Source of the DNA: a bacterium
Lineage (GTDB): Bacteria > Bdellovibrionota > FAC87 > UBA2466
Direction: 5' to 3'
Assembly (NCBI GenBank): GCA_009927045.1
Contig: RFNT01000218.1
Location: forward strand, 1 to 57,561
DNA length: 57,561 nucleotides
Shown here: piece after piece, positions 37,101 through 45,180 of the stretch
Numbering within the stretch: the first letter of the stretch is position 1
Layout: the number at the start of each line of letters is the position of its first letter
Translations under genes and position numbers: made by a program
Notes under the pieces: generated by a model
Told to the model about the DNA's origin: nothing
What the model saw: the letters and a program-made list of their open reading frames with translations, nothing else
Database searches by the model: none

Positions 37101-37633
37101 TTCTGCCGAGGGATTTACGCGTGGGGCGTGTTAGTCCAGATCCCGATGGAACTGTTATGATTTATTTGGAGGCACAACCAGCCCCAAAAACCGCGAGCGG
37201 AGCAACAGGTGCTTCATCGGTCCCAGTACCCAGTGCGGCGAAGCCCTACCAAATAGAACTTAACCGAATGGGAGCTAGGGCACCCGCAACAGAAGTACAA
37301 CCATTAAGTAGTTTTGGGGCTGCCATGAGTGAAGCTAAGTGGCGCGTGGGGATCACGCGGGGCCAATCTCCAACTCAAGTTCATACGGTTGAGACTATGG
37401 ACTCTCGGGGAAATCGAGCGCGTCTTGTTCAAGAAATCTATGAAATCAATTTAGGGGATGGTGCAGGAAAGACACCCGTTCTGATCAATGCTCACGAGGC
37501 AGGAGGAGCTCATGCGCTTCCTCATGTTGAGGTGGGCATTCCAAAGACACTTACGCCAGAACCCGGCTCGCCCATCAATTATTATGGAAACAAAATGCGA
37601 GTTTTCTGGAACGATAAAAAAAGGGCTCAGTAA
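34160..37633 (+). CDS. giant secreted protein (1157 aa), unknown function, with a multi-lobed Gly/Ala hydrophobic core
   Basis: Signal MKAILFLILFWVSLAPG. Hydrophobic AALGAFLVPSI..VAVYVGAVAGGASAVA..LGMGLMAAGALA at about 35806-36006. Confidence 0.8.
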   Translation: MKAILFLILFWVSLAPGDQKHAPEPLSTESAPSDSQSPTANAAQTAKNPTEFLRLLEEAGVTKEQALGDLKTSCAEAIQESEKEKCRELIAALETSNQEQDEPPQKEVSPSASGAATRSGPSGPSRQAELREPSADAPLKEKLAYATALRHRLEELGGAGLDPRAYQTFRDGQRADVVGNFGNYTSRRDPGNRPMDLKAAAEKSGGPKDQEARAALFDSLSTKLANYEQKLVTELVQQGSSEELEARVSGLSAYGKVDLVDALQTQFVNAPPEKEAEAKEKFEKMVRAVYPSGMAGIVLQGANANRLAIQGKKEGRTEDPRWLEDEAALRKSLLVQDPRVIEQLRNAEELETQNQRNAEAVLAASPEAQANWETSVSLMRKGIREKLPDEATKQAFDAMVAVPLLVDGQLGFRLMPNSEQQQKIAAHYLNSSLNYSFTDNMESRRSEATRIDRPYPVDFGSQLGILAGKDRSEGVRTYSSGGLERSVGPEILFALVPNAGRALVAKLGQQALAGAAGGTAVGGLREGTLYLDSLYNGKKYDAEGATQRVAEMAALGAFLVPSISNAPKAVQTVAVYVGAVAGGASAVAEARSGNFITAATDLGMGLMAAGALAKNATGARTAVSNLNSDKGNGVLAMLGSSNPNEQAVAQRFARQLIASGEIKTIPSSVLGKVSPETAQELSALLPKQASSSRGFLGRAYDYFFAQPAEKPSAKPSEVARLPAPSKTLEPYSPRVREVAQKVAQERGISVDQLSPDELRTMAHREDEIASLMTEGLSYEQARLKLERVGLVLSGQNSFNKVVPAGGGKPESLHRVASQVLGQLPENFHELPRAERLRLAREVIGTAWDVQPTTPFVAEKGKNQGLLLDVLSETVADIRPVPSVVPRYRSVPVPEGGISTADDAQRLFSLDSKGGYVHTAPSREGALNFTPGAQSRAVFVYPEGTPAFVVNGEGQVFSGARDLQASIDPKRFQTFANNDWGVLPRDLRVGRVSPDPDGTVMIYLEAQPAPKTASGATGASSVPVPSAAKPYQIELNRMGARAPATEVQPLSSFGAAMSEAKWRVGITRGQSPTQVHTVETMDSRGNRARLVQEIYEINLGDGAGKTPVLINAHEAGGAHALPHVEVGIPKTLTPEPGSPINYYGNKMRVFWNDKKRAQ

Positions 37634-37654
37634 GAAAATAAAAAACGTATAATA

Positions 37655-38026
37655 ATGCTTATGCCTAATTATTTAATGATTCTCCTCGTCAGTCTGTACG
37701 CCTCTTCCTATTCATTAGCTGGGACCCATTGCGAGACAGCTTTTAAGCAGCTCCAAAGAGCGCTGTCCCCCGTTTCAGTCAACCTGAAGCGAGCGCAAGA
37801 GCTTGCCGAACCCTTTGTGAATCGAAAAATTGCTTCGGAAGTGTTGACCGATCGGGGAGTAGAAGCAGCTCTGCAGGATTCTGTTTCCGTAAAGCGTGAT
37901 GAGCGGGCCGTAGCTGAGGCTATTGAAGACGCCCTGCTTGCTCGAGGCATGTCTGAGGGGCAAGCTAAGAAAGCTGCGAAAGGGTGGACCGAAGCCCTGA
38001 AGAGTCAGTGGCTAATTCAGCAATAA
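37655..38026 (+). CDS. small secreted protein, a stand-alone copy of a module from the 26133..29318 giant
   Basis: Signal MLMPNYLMILLVSLYASSYSLAG. NLKRAQELAEPFVNRKIASEVLTDRGVEAALQD..ALLARGMSEGQAKKAA parallels residues encoded at 28743-28995. Confidence 0.65.
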   Translation: MLMPNYLMILLVSLYASSYSLAGTHCETAFKQLQRALSPVSVNLKRAQELAEPFVNRKIASEVLTDRGVEAALQDSVSVKRDERAVAEAIEDALLARGMSEGQAKKAAKGWTEALKSQWLIQQ

Positions 38027-38712
38027 TGAAACGCAACTCCTCCCTCGACTCCCTTCGCGGCTTTGCAGTTCTTTTGATGATTGTGGACCATTTTGCGGCT
38101 GTGTGGCTGCGAATGAAAGTGATTGAGTTCGGCAATATTCGTTTCTTCACTCGTCCCAGTATGTTGCTCTTTTCCTTCTTGTTGGGGTTTTTCCTGCTTT
38201 CTGGTTCCGCTGGACGCAACCGAGCTGTTCGACTGGGCCTGGCTGCACTTGTATCAAACTTTATTTACCTGGGTGCGTATAAACGGCTCGACATTCTGGT
38301 TTCAATGCTTTTAGTCGTTGGGATTTATCAAATAGCCCGCTCCCATTTTATTTGGGGAGTTTTGGCAGTGCTCTTAGTTTCATGGGATCCCACTCAAGGC
38401 ATTCTGGATTATCCACTCTCGATCACATTGGCATGTGCTGCTCATGGAGCGGTGCTGAGGGAAGGCAATCCTAAAAAGTTGCTGGCATCCTCGTTGCTTC
38501 TGACTTCGGGAGCCTGGTTTTTGCCTGGTTCCTTAAATTACACCGCAGCTTGGGTAATCCCCACTACTCTGCTCATGCAGTTATTCATCCAGCGTCCGCA
38601 GATTCAAATTCCCATTCTTAATTTTATGGGGCAGCATGCGCTGCTCATCTACAGTCTGCAATGGTATGTGCTGAGTTTCACCCGCTATTGGTGGGTGCTC
38701 AAAGGCAAGTAG
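38026..38712 (+). CDS. polytopic membrane protein, acyltransferase-3/DUF1624-like N-terminus
   Basis: The ATG overlaps the preceding TAA (TAATG). LDSLRGFAVLLMIVDHF followed by about 7 hydrophobic segments. Confidence 0.6.
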   Translation: MKRNSSLDSLRGFAVLLMIVDHFAAVWLRMKVIEFGNIRFFTRPSMLLFSFLLGFFLLSGSAGRNRAVRLGLAALVSNFIYLGAYKRLDILVSMLLVVGIYQIARSHFIWGVLAVLLVSWDPTQGILDYPLSITLACAAHGAVLREGNPKKLLASSLLLTSGAWFLPGSLNYTAAWVIPTTLLMQLFIQRPQIQIPILNFMGQHALLIYSLQWYVLSFTRYWWVLKGK

Positions 38713-38737
38713 CCAAAAGGTACGGCCTTACTTTTGG
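38713..38737 (-). repeat. palindromic repeat copy 4 (reverse orientation) between convergent genes
   Basis: CCAAAAGGTACGGCCTTACTTTTGG. Sits between stop 38712 (+) and the glycerate kinase gene, whose TAA stop (38728-38730) it supplies. Followed by cggtattttt. Confidence 0.9.
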
Positions 38738-39771
38738 CGGTATTTTTCCTCTAAAAGCGCTAAGGCTTGACTTAATCCCTGGAGCAAAGCGACTTCAGGA
38801 CTCGGCTTCCTCCCACACGCAATTTTTATAACCAATCCCAGCGCTTTGATTTTCTCATGCCCCTCCCCCAGCGAACCAGAAATCAAAATCGATTTCTTCC
38901 CGAGTTTTTCAGCTATTTGAATCGCCGCCCATGGCACTTTTCCAAAAAGGGTTTGCGCATCGGTTTTTCCTTCGCCCACCAGTAAGCAATCATGTTCGTT
39001 CAGAAGTTCTTCAAACTCGGAAGCCTTTAAAACAAACTCTGAACCCGATACGAGCTCTGCTCCTACATAAGCGTGCAGTGCTGCCGCCAAGCCTCCCGCA
39101 GAACCAGTGCGTGGCATCTGGGCTACTTTCACTCCACACGCTCTCTCAGTTTCCTGAGCAAACTCTACATTTATTTTTTCGATGACTTCAACTTGCTGGG
39201 CACTTGCCCCTTTCTGTGGAGAAAAAACTCGCGCGGAACCCTGAGGCCCACAGAGCGGATTATCAACATCACAAAGAACGGTGATTTTCCATTTTGGAAA
39301 ATGCCCATCCCCCAAAGCCTCTAACATTCCTCTGCCCGCATCTGAAATGGCGGAATCTCCAAGCCCGATGAAAAGTTCACATGGCATCCCGTGCAATTCT
39401 TTCTCAATCGCTAGAAGCCATTCGCCCAGTCCCCGGCTAGTAGCTCCCAACGGATCTCGCTTTTCAGGATTGTTGGGGGGATACCCAATGGCATCTGTAC
39501 TTTCTAAATAGACTTCTTGTTTTCCAGAAGCCGCAAGCTTCCAATAAGAGGTAGCTGTTCTCGGATCTCCAAATGCTCCGGTGATCGCGTGAGTTTTTAT
39601 TTGAACCGGCGGCGAGGTTTTTAAATAGGTAAATGTGCCCTTGCCTCCATCTCCTAAAGGCAAAGCGGTGGCCGTATGGCCCAAACGGCGAAGTTCCTCA
39701 CACGCAAGGGTACAAGCTTCCTCGTTGGTGAGAGAGCCTTTAAAATTACTAAAGGCTACTAAAAATTTCAT
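38728..39771 (-). CDS. glxK: glycerate kinase
   Basis: MKFLVAFSNFKGSLT..LPLGDGGKGT and the C-terminal GEGKTDAQTLFGK are glycerate kinase family signatures. ATG 39771 with AGGAA upstream. Confidence 0.87.
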   Translation of the reverse strand: MKFLVAFSNFKGSLTNEEACTLACEELRRLGHTATALPLGDGGKGTFTYLKTSPPVQIKTHAITGAFGDPRTATSYWKLAASGKQEVYLESTDAIGYPPNNPEKRDPLGATSRGLGEWLLAIEKELHGMPCELFIGLGDSAISDAGRGMLEALGDGHFPKWKITVLCDVDNPLCGPQGSARVFSPQKGASAQQVEVIEKINVEFAQETERACGVKVAQMPRTGSAGGLAAALHAYVGAELVSGSEFVLKASEFEELLNEHDCLLVGEGKTDAQTLFGKVPWAAIQIAEKLGKKSILISGSLGEGHEKIKALGLVIKIACGRKPSPEVALLQGLSQALALLEEKYRQK

Positions 39772-39781
39772 GGGTTCCTGG

Positions 39782-40015
39782 TTAGGGCCTGTCTTTACCA
39801 ATGGCCTCTACTGGGCAAGCTGCCATCGCTTCTTCGCACTGGAAGATTTCTTCTTCGGTTTCGGGTTGCTTAAAGACATAGTCGTGATCCCCACTAGGGG
39901 CTTCTTTGAAATTTTTGGGTGCTGTTTCGGCGCAGACACAGCAGAGGATACACTTTTTATCCACGTACCATTTGCCCGGGACATTTTCTTCGTAAGCATC
40001 TTGCCAGTCTGCCAT
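39782..40015 (-). CDS. small single-cluster ferredoxin
   Basis: 77 aa with CILCCVC...CP spacing. Confidence 0.78.
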   Translation of the reverse strand: MADWQDAYEENVPGKWYVDKKCILCCVCAETAPKNFKEAPSGDHDYVFKQPETEEEIFQCEEAMAACPVEAIGKDRP

Positions 40016-40037
40016 AAAACAAAAGTTTAATCAAAAC

Positions 40038-40973
40038 TCAGTGACTGAGTTCTGAAGCCAAAATTCGATGAGTGGGGCTCACTCTCGATGGGTTAATTTT
40101 CGGGAACCACAAGAAATCCCGTGAAACACCAAAACCTTCGTAAGCCTTTTCTACGTTTTCGAATACTTCCTCAAGCATTGCCACGCGATCAATCCCCACG
40201 TGGGTGGCTTCTTTTTCAACTGCTTCTAAGACACTCGTGCTGAACTTCATAATGAAGTATTGAGCTGCTTTCACGTACGCTTTACCAAACATGGAAAGCC
40301 GGTCCATGATGTCCGGGAGTACGATGTGCAGGAAGTGCAAGTGCCGGCTTTCATCTACGAGCAAGTACTTGCAGAGTTCATTGCCAATGGGATCAATGTT
40401 GGCTTGTCGGGCTCTACGAATAAAAGCCGATGCAAAGTTCTCTGAGAACAAAGTGGAGAATAACCAGTTTTCAACCCGGAAGGCACCTACTGAAGCCGCT
40501 TGCCCCAATACGTGGTAACGCCATTGATACTTAGGCGGAGCACCCAACTTTCTTAAATAAGATTCAATGGCAAATACGTGCCTAGCTTCATCAAAAGTTT
40601 GTGCCGAAAGATAAAAAGCCATTTCTTCGCTCTTATATTTGCGAACGGCTTTCACCATCATGTTTTGGATGACATTCAAGCCCATTTTCTCAAGGGTGTA
40701 GAAAATGGTGATGAACTTTTGCCAAATCCTACGGCTTTCGTCATCTAAAGTGATCTCCTGATCAAAATTGATTCTTTGTGGGGCATACCACTGCTGCGAA
40801 GCTGCTTGTAAGTACAAGCGCCGGATTTTTGCTTCATTCACTTTGGGATTTTCATTTTCAGTGGGCGAGAAAAAGAGCTTTTGAAGTTCCGGATTGCTCT
40901 GCAGTAAAAACCCTGAAGCTCCAGATGGAGTTTGAGTCGAAATATCCTGAGTTCTCAAATCCAGTTCGTCCAT
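40038..40973 (-). CDS. ferritin-like di-iron carboxylate protein (oxygenase/desaturase-like)
   Basis: Two ExxH motifs (DEARH, DESRH) in a helical protein. ATG 40973 with AAGGGGA upstream; the promoter at 41061-41089 argues against the GTG 41060 start. Confidence 0.72.
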   Translation of the reverse strand: MDELDLRTQDISTQTPSGASGFLLQSNPELQKLFFSPTENENPKVNEAKIRRLYLQAASQQWYAPQRINFDQEITLDDESRRIWQKFITIFYTLEKMGLNVIQNMMVKAVRKYKSEEMAFYLSAQTFDEARHVFAIESYLRKLGAPPKYQWRYHVLGQAASVGAFRVENWLFSTLFSENFASAFIRRARQANIDPIGNELCKYLLVDESRHLHFLHIVLPDIMDRLSMFGKAYVKAAQYFIMKFSTSVLEAVEKEATHVGIDRVAMLEEVFENVEKAYEGFGVSRDFLWFPKINPSRVSPTHRILASELSH

Positions 40974-41060
40974 GGCATCCCCTTGTGAGCGCGAAGCTCG
41001 TTTATGACATAAGGCGCTAATAAGGTCAAACCTTAGCCTGACCTGAGGGCCTAAAAGCAC

Positions 41061-41089
41061 ATAATATAAGTATTTGGAATCATTGGCAA
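41061..41089 (-). promoter_or_regulatory. sigma70-like promoter TTGCCA-N17-TATTAT
   Basis: On the minus strand, TTGCCA (41089..41084), a 17-nt spacer, and TATTAT (41066..41061), upstream of the di-iron protein/ferredoxin/glxK genes. Confidence 0.5.
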
Positions 41090-41490
41090 CTTAGACAGTT
41101 GTGAGATCTGGCCTCTACGGGACCTCCTGAATGAGGGGCCTGGTAAGTCCTTGGCGGCCCGTAGATAGGCACTCAAGGTATACGTGTTCCTGTGGGAGCG
41201 CTTTTCTGCAGAACTCCCGTGATTTCGTGTGATTTGTTGTATTCTTCAAACCTGTAAAAAAACTAACACCCTGTTGGCCGCTTTTGACTACTTCCTAACA
41301 CCGCACACTTTTGGAGGACACCCGCTCACAGGAAGTGCGCATGAGTGCGCAGCCGTAGATTCACCCCTTGGAATGGTGCTTGCACTCTTTCGCCGAGAAC
41401 AAAGTGATCAGTGTTTTTATGTGCTCCCGGGAGAGGGGTCTCCCATTTCTGGAGCAGCACTGGTTTTAGTTTTTGATGCGGGGAAGTGAA

Positions 41491-42981
41491 ATGAAAATTC
41501 AAAGATCAGTTGCGGCTCTAGTGGTTGTGTTAGGAATGACAAGCTTGGGTCATCAAGCCTTTGGGGAACACCGCAAAGGAACCTCTGCCGGAAAGCCTAA
41601 GGCCCGAACTAAGACCGTGGCCAAAACGACCGAGGACATTCCTAAGAGTTATCAAGAAATCATTGATGCTCTGAAAGAAGTGGACGGAAAAGAACCCGTC
41701 GTGAAAGCGTGCGGATCGGTTTCTTTATTAGAAGACGGTGCCGCAGAACAACTCAAAGTCTATTTTGAAACCGTCCAATCCTATCGAACGGCGTTGAACA
41801 ATTGTGAAGACGAGCTCGATGCAAAGTTCCGCACCTTTATGGACGAGTATTTATCACGCATTAAGCTTGCCACTCGCACCGCGGATAACGACTCCTCTTT
41901 AAAGACCATCAACAAACCGAAGAAGGCTTTGGAGGGTTTGGATTCTGCATTGAGATTCCATGCGGGACTTAAAGCGCTTTTAGAAAAACGAACCAAGGAA
42001 CTTTCTGGAAGTGTAGAAAAATTTTCTGATGCTGATAAAGAACTTAAAAAAGCACTCGATGGCATTTATAAACTCTGTGCCGGAAAAGATTTTAAGCCTT
42101 CTGAAGATGCGGAATCCACTTTGAAGATCGACAGCTTCAACGAAGAGCTCAAACAAGGAAAGTTTAAAGATGCGTGCGAACTCAAAGTAGAAGAGCCAGC
42201 AGCCCCTGCTGTAGATGCTGACGATAATAGCAGCACGCAAAAAGAAGAGCCCGAGCATGAAACGGCGCCACCAGCAGGTGATGGGAATGGCGCTGGCGAA
42301 GGACAGGCCGGCGGTGCAGATGCCAATGCTTCGCAGTTGAACAACGTATTGCCCAATCCTTCTACAGGAAATGCAGGGATCATCCCTGGCTTCACTGGAT
42401 TTAATAACGGGTTAGATCCTGCTCAGGCCTTTAATCCGACCGAGCGAGAAGATGCGTTGCTGGGTCAGCTCTTAGCGTTGGCGCAGAACAGTCAACGTCC
42501 GAATGAGATTGGTGGTTCGCCCACGCGGGATAACAGTCGCTCGTTCTCGGCTCCTCCAGTGAGTGTGAGCCCACAGCCTGGTAACCAGAGCCAGCAACAG
42601 CCACAACAGCAGCCATATCCGCCGATGCAAATGCCGCCCTTCCCTTATGGGATGATGCAGCCACCGGCTCCGACCCCGATTCCGGCTGAGCTCTTAGCAC
42701 CTCGAGTGCAAGAAGCTCCTCGTGCGAATCCGATGGATGCTGCAGCTAATGCTTCATTGATGGAAATTGCACGGATGAACCAGCAGATGATGCAAATGCA
42801 AATGGCGAATGCCATGGGGCCTCGAGCTCCCTATGGTCCTGGCTACGGAACTCCGAATGTTGGTCGACTCCGACAAGCCCGAACCGCCTTTAGAGGCGCT
42901 CAAGGTTCGGCTGGTAATCGACTCATGAGTCGAGGTCGTAGGACGATCAGTCGAGGCGCAGCTTCTAGCCGCGTTCGTTAA
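41491..42981 (+). CDS. secreted protein with a Gln/Pro/Met-rich low-complexity C-terminus
   Basis: ATG 41491 after GGGGAAG. Signal MKIQRSVAALVVVLGMTSLGHQAFG. QQPQQQPYPPMQMPPFPYGMMQPP. Confidence 0.7.
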   Translation: MKIQRSVAALVVVLGMTSLGHQAFGEHRKGTSAGKPKARTKTVAKTTEDIPKSYQEIIDALKEVDGKEPVVKACGSVSLLEDGAAEQLKVYFETVQSYRTALNNCEDELDAKFRTFMDEYLSRIKLATRTADNDSSLKTINKPKKALEGLDSALRFHAGLKALLEKRTKELSGSVEKFSDADKELKKALDGIYKLCAGKDFKPSEDAESTLKIDSFNEELKQGKFKDACELKVEEPAAPAVDADDNSSTQKEEPEHETAPPAGDGNGAGEGQAGGADANASQLNNVLPNPSTGNAGIIPGFTGFNNGLDPAQAFNPTEREDALLGQLLALAQNSQRPNEIGGSPTRDNSRSFSAPPVSVSPQPGNQSQQQPQQQPYPPMQMPPFPYGMMQPPAPTPIPAELLAPRVQEAPRANPMDAAANASLMEIARMNQQMMQMQMANAMGPRAPYGPGYGTPNVGRLRQARTAFRGAQGSAGNRLMSRGRRTISRGAASSRVR

Positions 42982-42987
42982 TCAGAA

Positions 42988-44043
42988 TTACGAAGGACGG
43001 GCTTCAAAAACCCGTCCTTCAAAAACCACACCTTCTCGAATAACGGTTTCTGCGTTCACAATCGCATGAGAAAGCACAACAGATTTTTCCACCCGTACAT
43101 TCTTGCTTAAGATCACTCGGTCCCCAATCACCGAAAAGGGCCCAATCTCTACCCCCGATTCAAAGCTGCACCCTTCTCCTATCAGTGCTGGACCTCTCAC
43201 GTTCAAATCATCTGGTAATTGAGTCCTCTGAGTCGTCCATACTTTGGGTGCAACTTCTCGATACACAGGACCAAACGAAGAAAGTGTGGTTAGTAAACCG
43301 TTCTGGGGAGTTCCTAAAAGATCTAAGAGCGCCATGCTGGAGCTCCACAAGGAAGGAATATCTCCTGTATCAAACCAGAAGGCCCCGTCCATAAAAACTC
43401 CACGGGCCTTGGAAGGCTGTTGCTCCATCAGTGCCGGATACAGGACGTCATTGATCCCCGAAGGCTTTTCTTCCAAAAAGGTAAAAATTTCCGGGCTGAG
43501 AACGTGAACCCCAGTGAACAAGCCTTCTCTGACTGGAACGCCTGTTTTCTTTCGAGGTAACGAGCACAACTCGCCAGACGCATTGACGCCAACTGCGGAA
43601 TAGCGCTCCTTGAGAACAGCATCGTCCAACAAAGCCATGGTGGCCCAAGACTGATTTTTAAAGTGGGCATCCACCAGCGCATGAATATTTAAATTGGAAA
43701 TGAAATCGCAATTCGCAAGAACAAAAGGTTCGCCTCCAAAAAAGCCCTGTGCCTTTTTTAAACCACCGCCCGTTCCCAACAGATTCTCTTCTTTGGAGAA
43801 ACTCACTTGGCAATCTTGAAGCGGGAGGTCCTTGAAAAATTCTTCGATTCGGTCTGGCAAGTGAAACAGGTTGATAATGATTTCATGGATGCCGTGACGA
43901 CGTAATAAAGCCAACGTGTGGAGAATGTTAGCCAAGTTCAAAACAGGTACTAAGGGCTTGGGATATCGTTCGGTGATGGGCAATAGGCGGGTTCCCAATC
44001 CTGCCCCTAAAATCATGCCTTTTGTCACGAGATTATTTTTCAT
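42988..44043 (-). CDS. sugar-1-phosphate nucleotidyltransferase with a C-terminal left-handed beta-helix
   Basis: GMILGAGLGTRLLPIT (the G-x-G-T-R-L motif) and hexapeptide repeats at the C-terminus. Confidence 0.85.
   Translation of the reverse strand: MKNNLVTKGMILGAGLGTRLLPITERYPKPLVPVLNLANILHTLALLRRHGIHEIIINLFHLPDRIEEFFKDLPLQDCQVSFSKEENLLGTGGGLKKAQGFFGGEPFVLANCDFISNLNIHALVDAHFKNQSWATMALLDDAVLKERYSAVGVNASGELCSLPRKKTGVPVREGLFTGVHVLSPEIFTFLEEKPSGINDVLYPALMEQQPSKARGVFMDGAFWFDTGDIPSLWSSSMALLDLLGTPQNGLLTTLSSFGPVYREVAPKVWTTQRTQLPDDLNVRGPALIGEGCSFESGVEIGPFSVIGDRVILSKNVRVEKSVVLSHAIVNAETVIREGVVFEGRVFEARPS
42992..43020. terminator. 10-bp GC-rich hairpin GAAGGACGGG-N9-CCCGTCCTTC
   Basis: Perfect inverted repeat starting 11 nt after the + gene stop and lying inside the last codons of the convergent - gene. 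No U-tract on either side. Confidence 0.35.
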
Positions 44044-45046
44044 GCAAGGTCTTTAACATTGTATCGATTTCAAAAGCCGCTGCAACCGCACTGGGAATCA
44101 CACCTGCTGCTTCGCTCAGTTGGGCAAGCCGCAGGGCTGGTTCAATATACTGCAAGTGAGTTTTCTTTTTGTTCCTAGTCCAAAACGATGCAAAGGAGCC
44201 AGCCGCTTTTAATGTCCTTTGATATGCTACTCGCATGAGGTCCGGCTGAAACTGTTCCCAAGATACGTGTTGAGAAATCGGGTAGGCTTCTAAAGTATTT
44301 CGGTAAGTGTTGATGAGCCTGGTCCGCAAATCAGGAGTCATGGGGGTGTAAGCATCGAAAACTAAGCTCGCTAAATCGTAGGCTGGAGGTCCCAAGCGAG
44401 CGTCTTGGAAATCAATCAACGAAAGGCGCTCCTGATGAACAATGATATTTCTGCAGTGATAATCACGATGACAAAACACTTCCGGCCGAAGGCGTTCGAG
44501 TTCTTCACACCAAGCGCGAATGACCTGAAGGGTTTTTTGCGGAAGTGGTGAGAGTCCGAGGAATCCTCCCCTCAAATGTTCTAAGGTAAAGCACAGTTCC
44601 TGAAAATATTTTTCGGCATCAAAACGCCGAGCAGCAATCGGCAATGTTTTCGGCACAGGATACAACTTGCCGTGAAGATGCGCCAAAAGCTCAGCAGCTT
44701 TTGTTAACCATTCGGGCCCTTCAAGGGGTCTTTTCTGAATCCGCAGTTGCAGGAGTTCATCTCCGAGGTCTTCCATCAAAAGAAGACCCGTTGCAGGATC
44801 TACGTGTCGGAACTGAGGCACTGGTAACTGAGCGGCTGCTAATGCTTTTTGATGGGGCGAGTAATCTTGGCTTTGTTTCCACTCCGGATCGCTAATGAGG
44901 ATCCAAGAGGCAGTCGAATCGGTCACTCGATAGAAGCAGCGAGTAGAACCGTCTCCCAAAAGAAGTTGGATGCGGAGCTCAGCGGAAAGCCCCTGTTTGA
45001 CTAACCAACTTCTCAGAAAAGTTTCAGAGTGTGCGTGAGTAGTCAT
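44033..45046 (-). CDS. aminoglycoside-phosphotransferase-fold sugar kinase (AmgK-like)
   Basis: FCHRDYHCRNIIV and IDFQDARLGPPAYDLASL (APH-type catalytic loop and DFxD-like motif). Overlaps the downstream nucleotidyltransferase by 11 nt. Confidence 0.8.
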   Translation of the reverse strand: MTTHAHSETFLRSWLVKQGLSAELRIQLLLGDGSTRCFYRVTDSTASWILISDPEWKQSQDYSPHQKALAAAQLPVPQFRHVDPATGLLLMEDLGDELLQLRIQKRPLEGPEWLTKAAELLAHLHGKLYPVPKTLPIAARRFDAEKYFQELCFTLEHLRGGFLGLSPLPQKTLQVIRAWCEELERLRPEVFCHRDYHCRNIIVHQERLSLIDFQDARLGPPAYDLASLVFDAYTPMTPDLRTRLINTYRNTLEAYPISQHVSWEQFQPDLMRVAYQRTLKAAGSFASFWTRNKKKTHLQYIEPALRLAQLSEAAGVIPSAVAAAFEIDTMLKTLHEK

Positions 45047-45180
45047 GACTAAACCCCCTCAAGAGTATCCAGAATAGTCAGTATTTTCAATAATTTATTT
45101 TATTTAAGACTAGAAAAAAAAATACCGAGATCTATACTAGAAAGAGACCAACCTCGTCCTCTTTCTTTCCACATGGAAGT

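Noticed and set aside
36800-37110. A possible second ART-like triad in the 1157-aa giant (RYRSV ... HTAPS ... NGEGQ)
   Set aside because: Only the Arg context is persuasive. There is no S-T-S or E-x-E/Q-x-E match (E-G-Q is in the reversed order). This is too weak to claim without a profile search.
8977-38737. The 29.7-kb segment bracketed by inverted repeat copies, considered as a transposon, integrative element or invertible segment
   Set aside because: No integrase, transposase, recombinase or conjugation genes are present. The tRNA-Sec gene is internal rather than at a boundary, and the repeat also occurs inside two core genes. I kept it only as a speculative note under the repeat finding.
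41229-41489. 86-aa ORF in the long intergenic region
   Set aside because: No RBS and an odd composition. It overlaps the hairpin-rich leader and runs into the downstream gene start. It is more likely non-coding.
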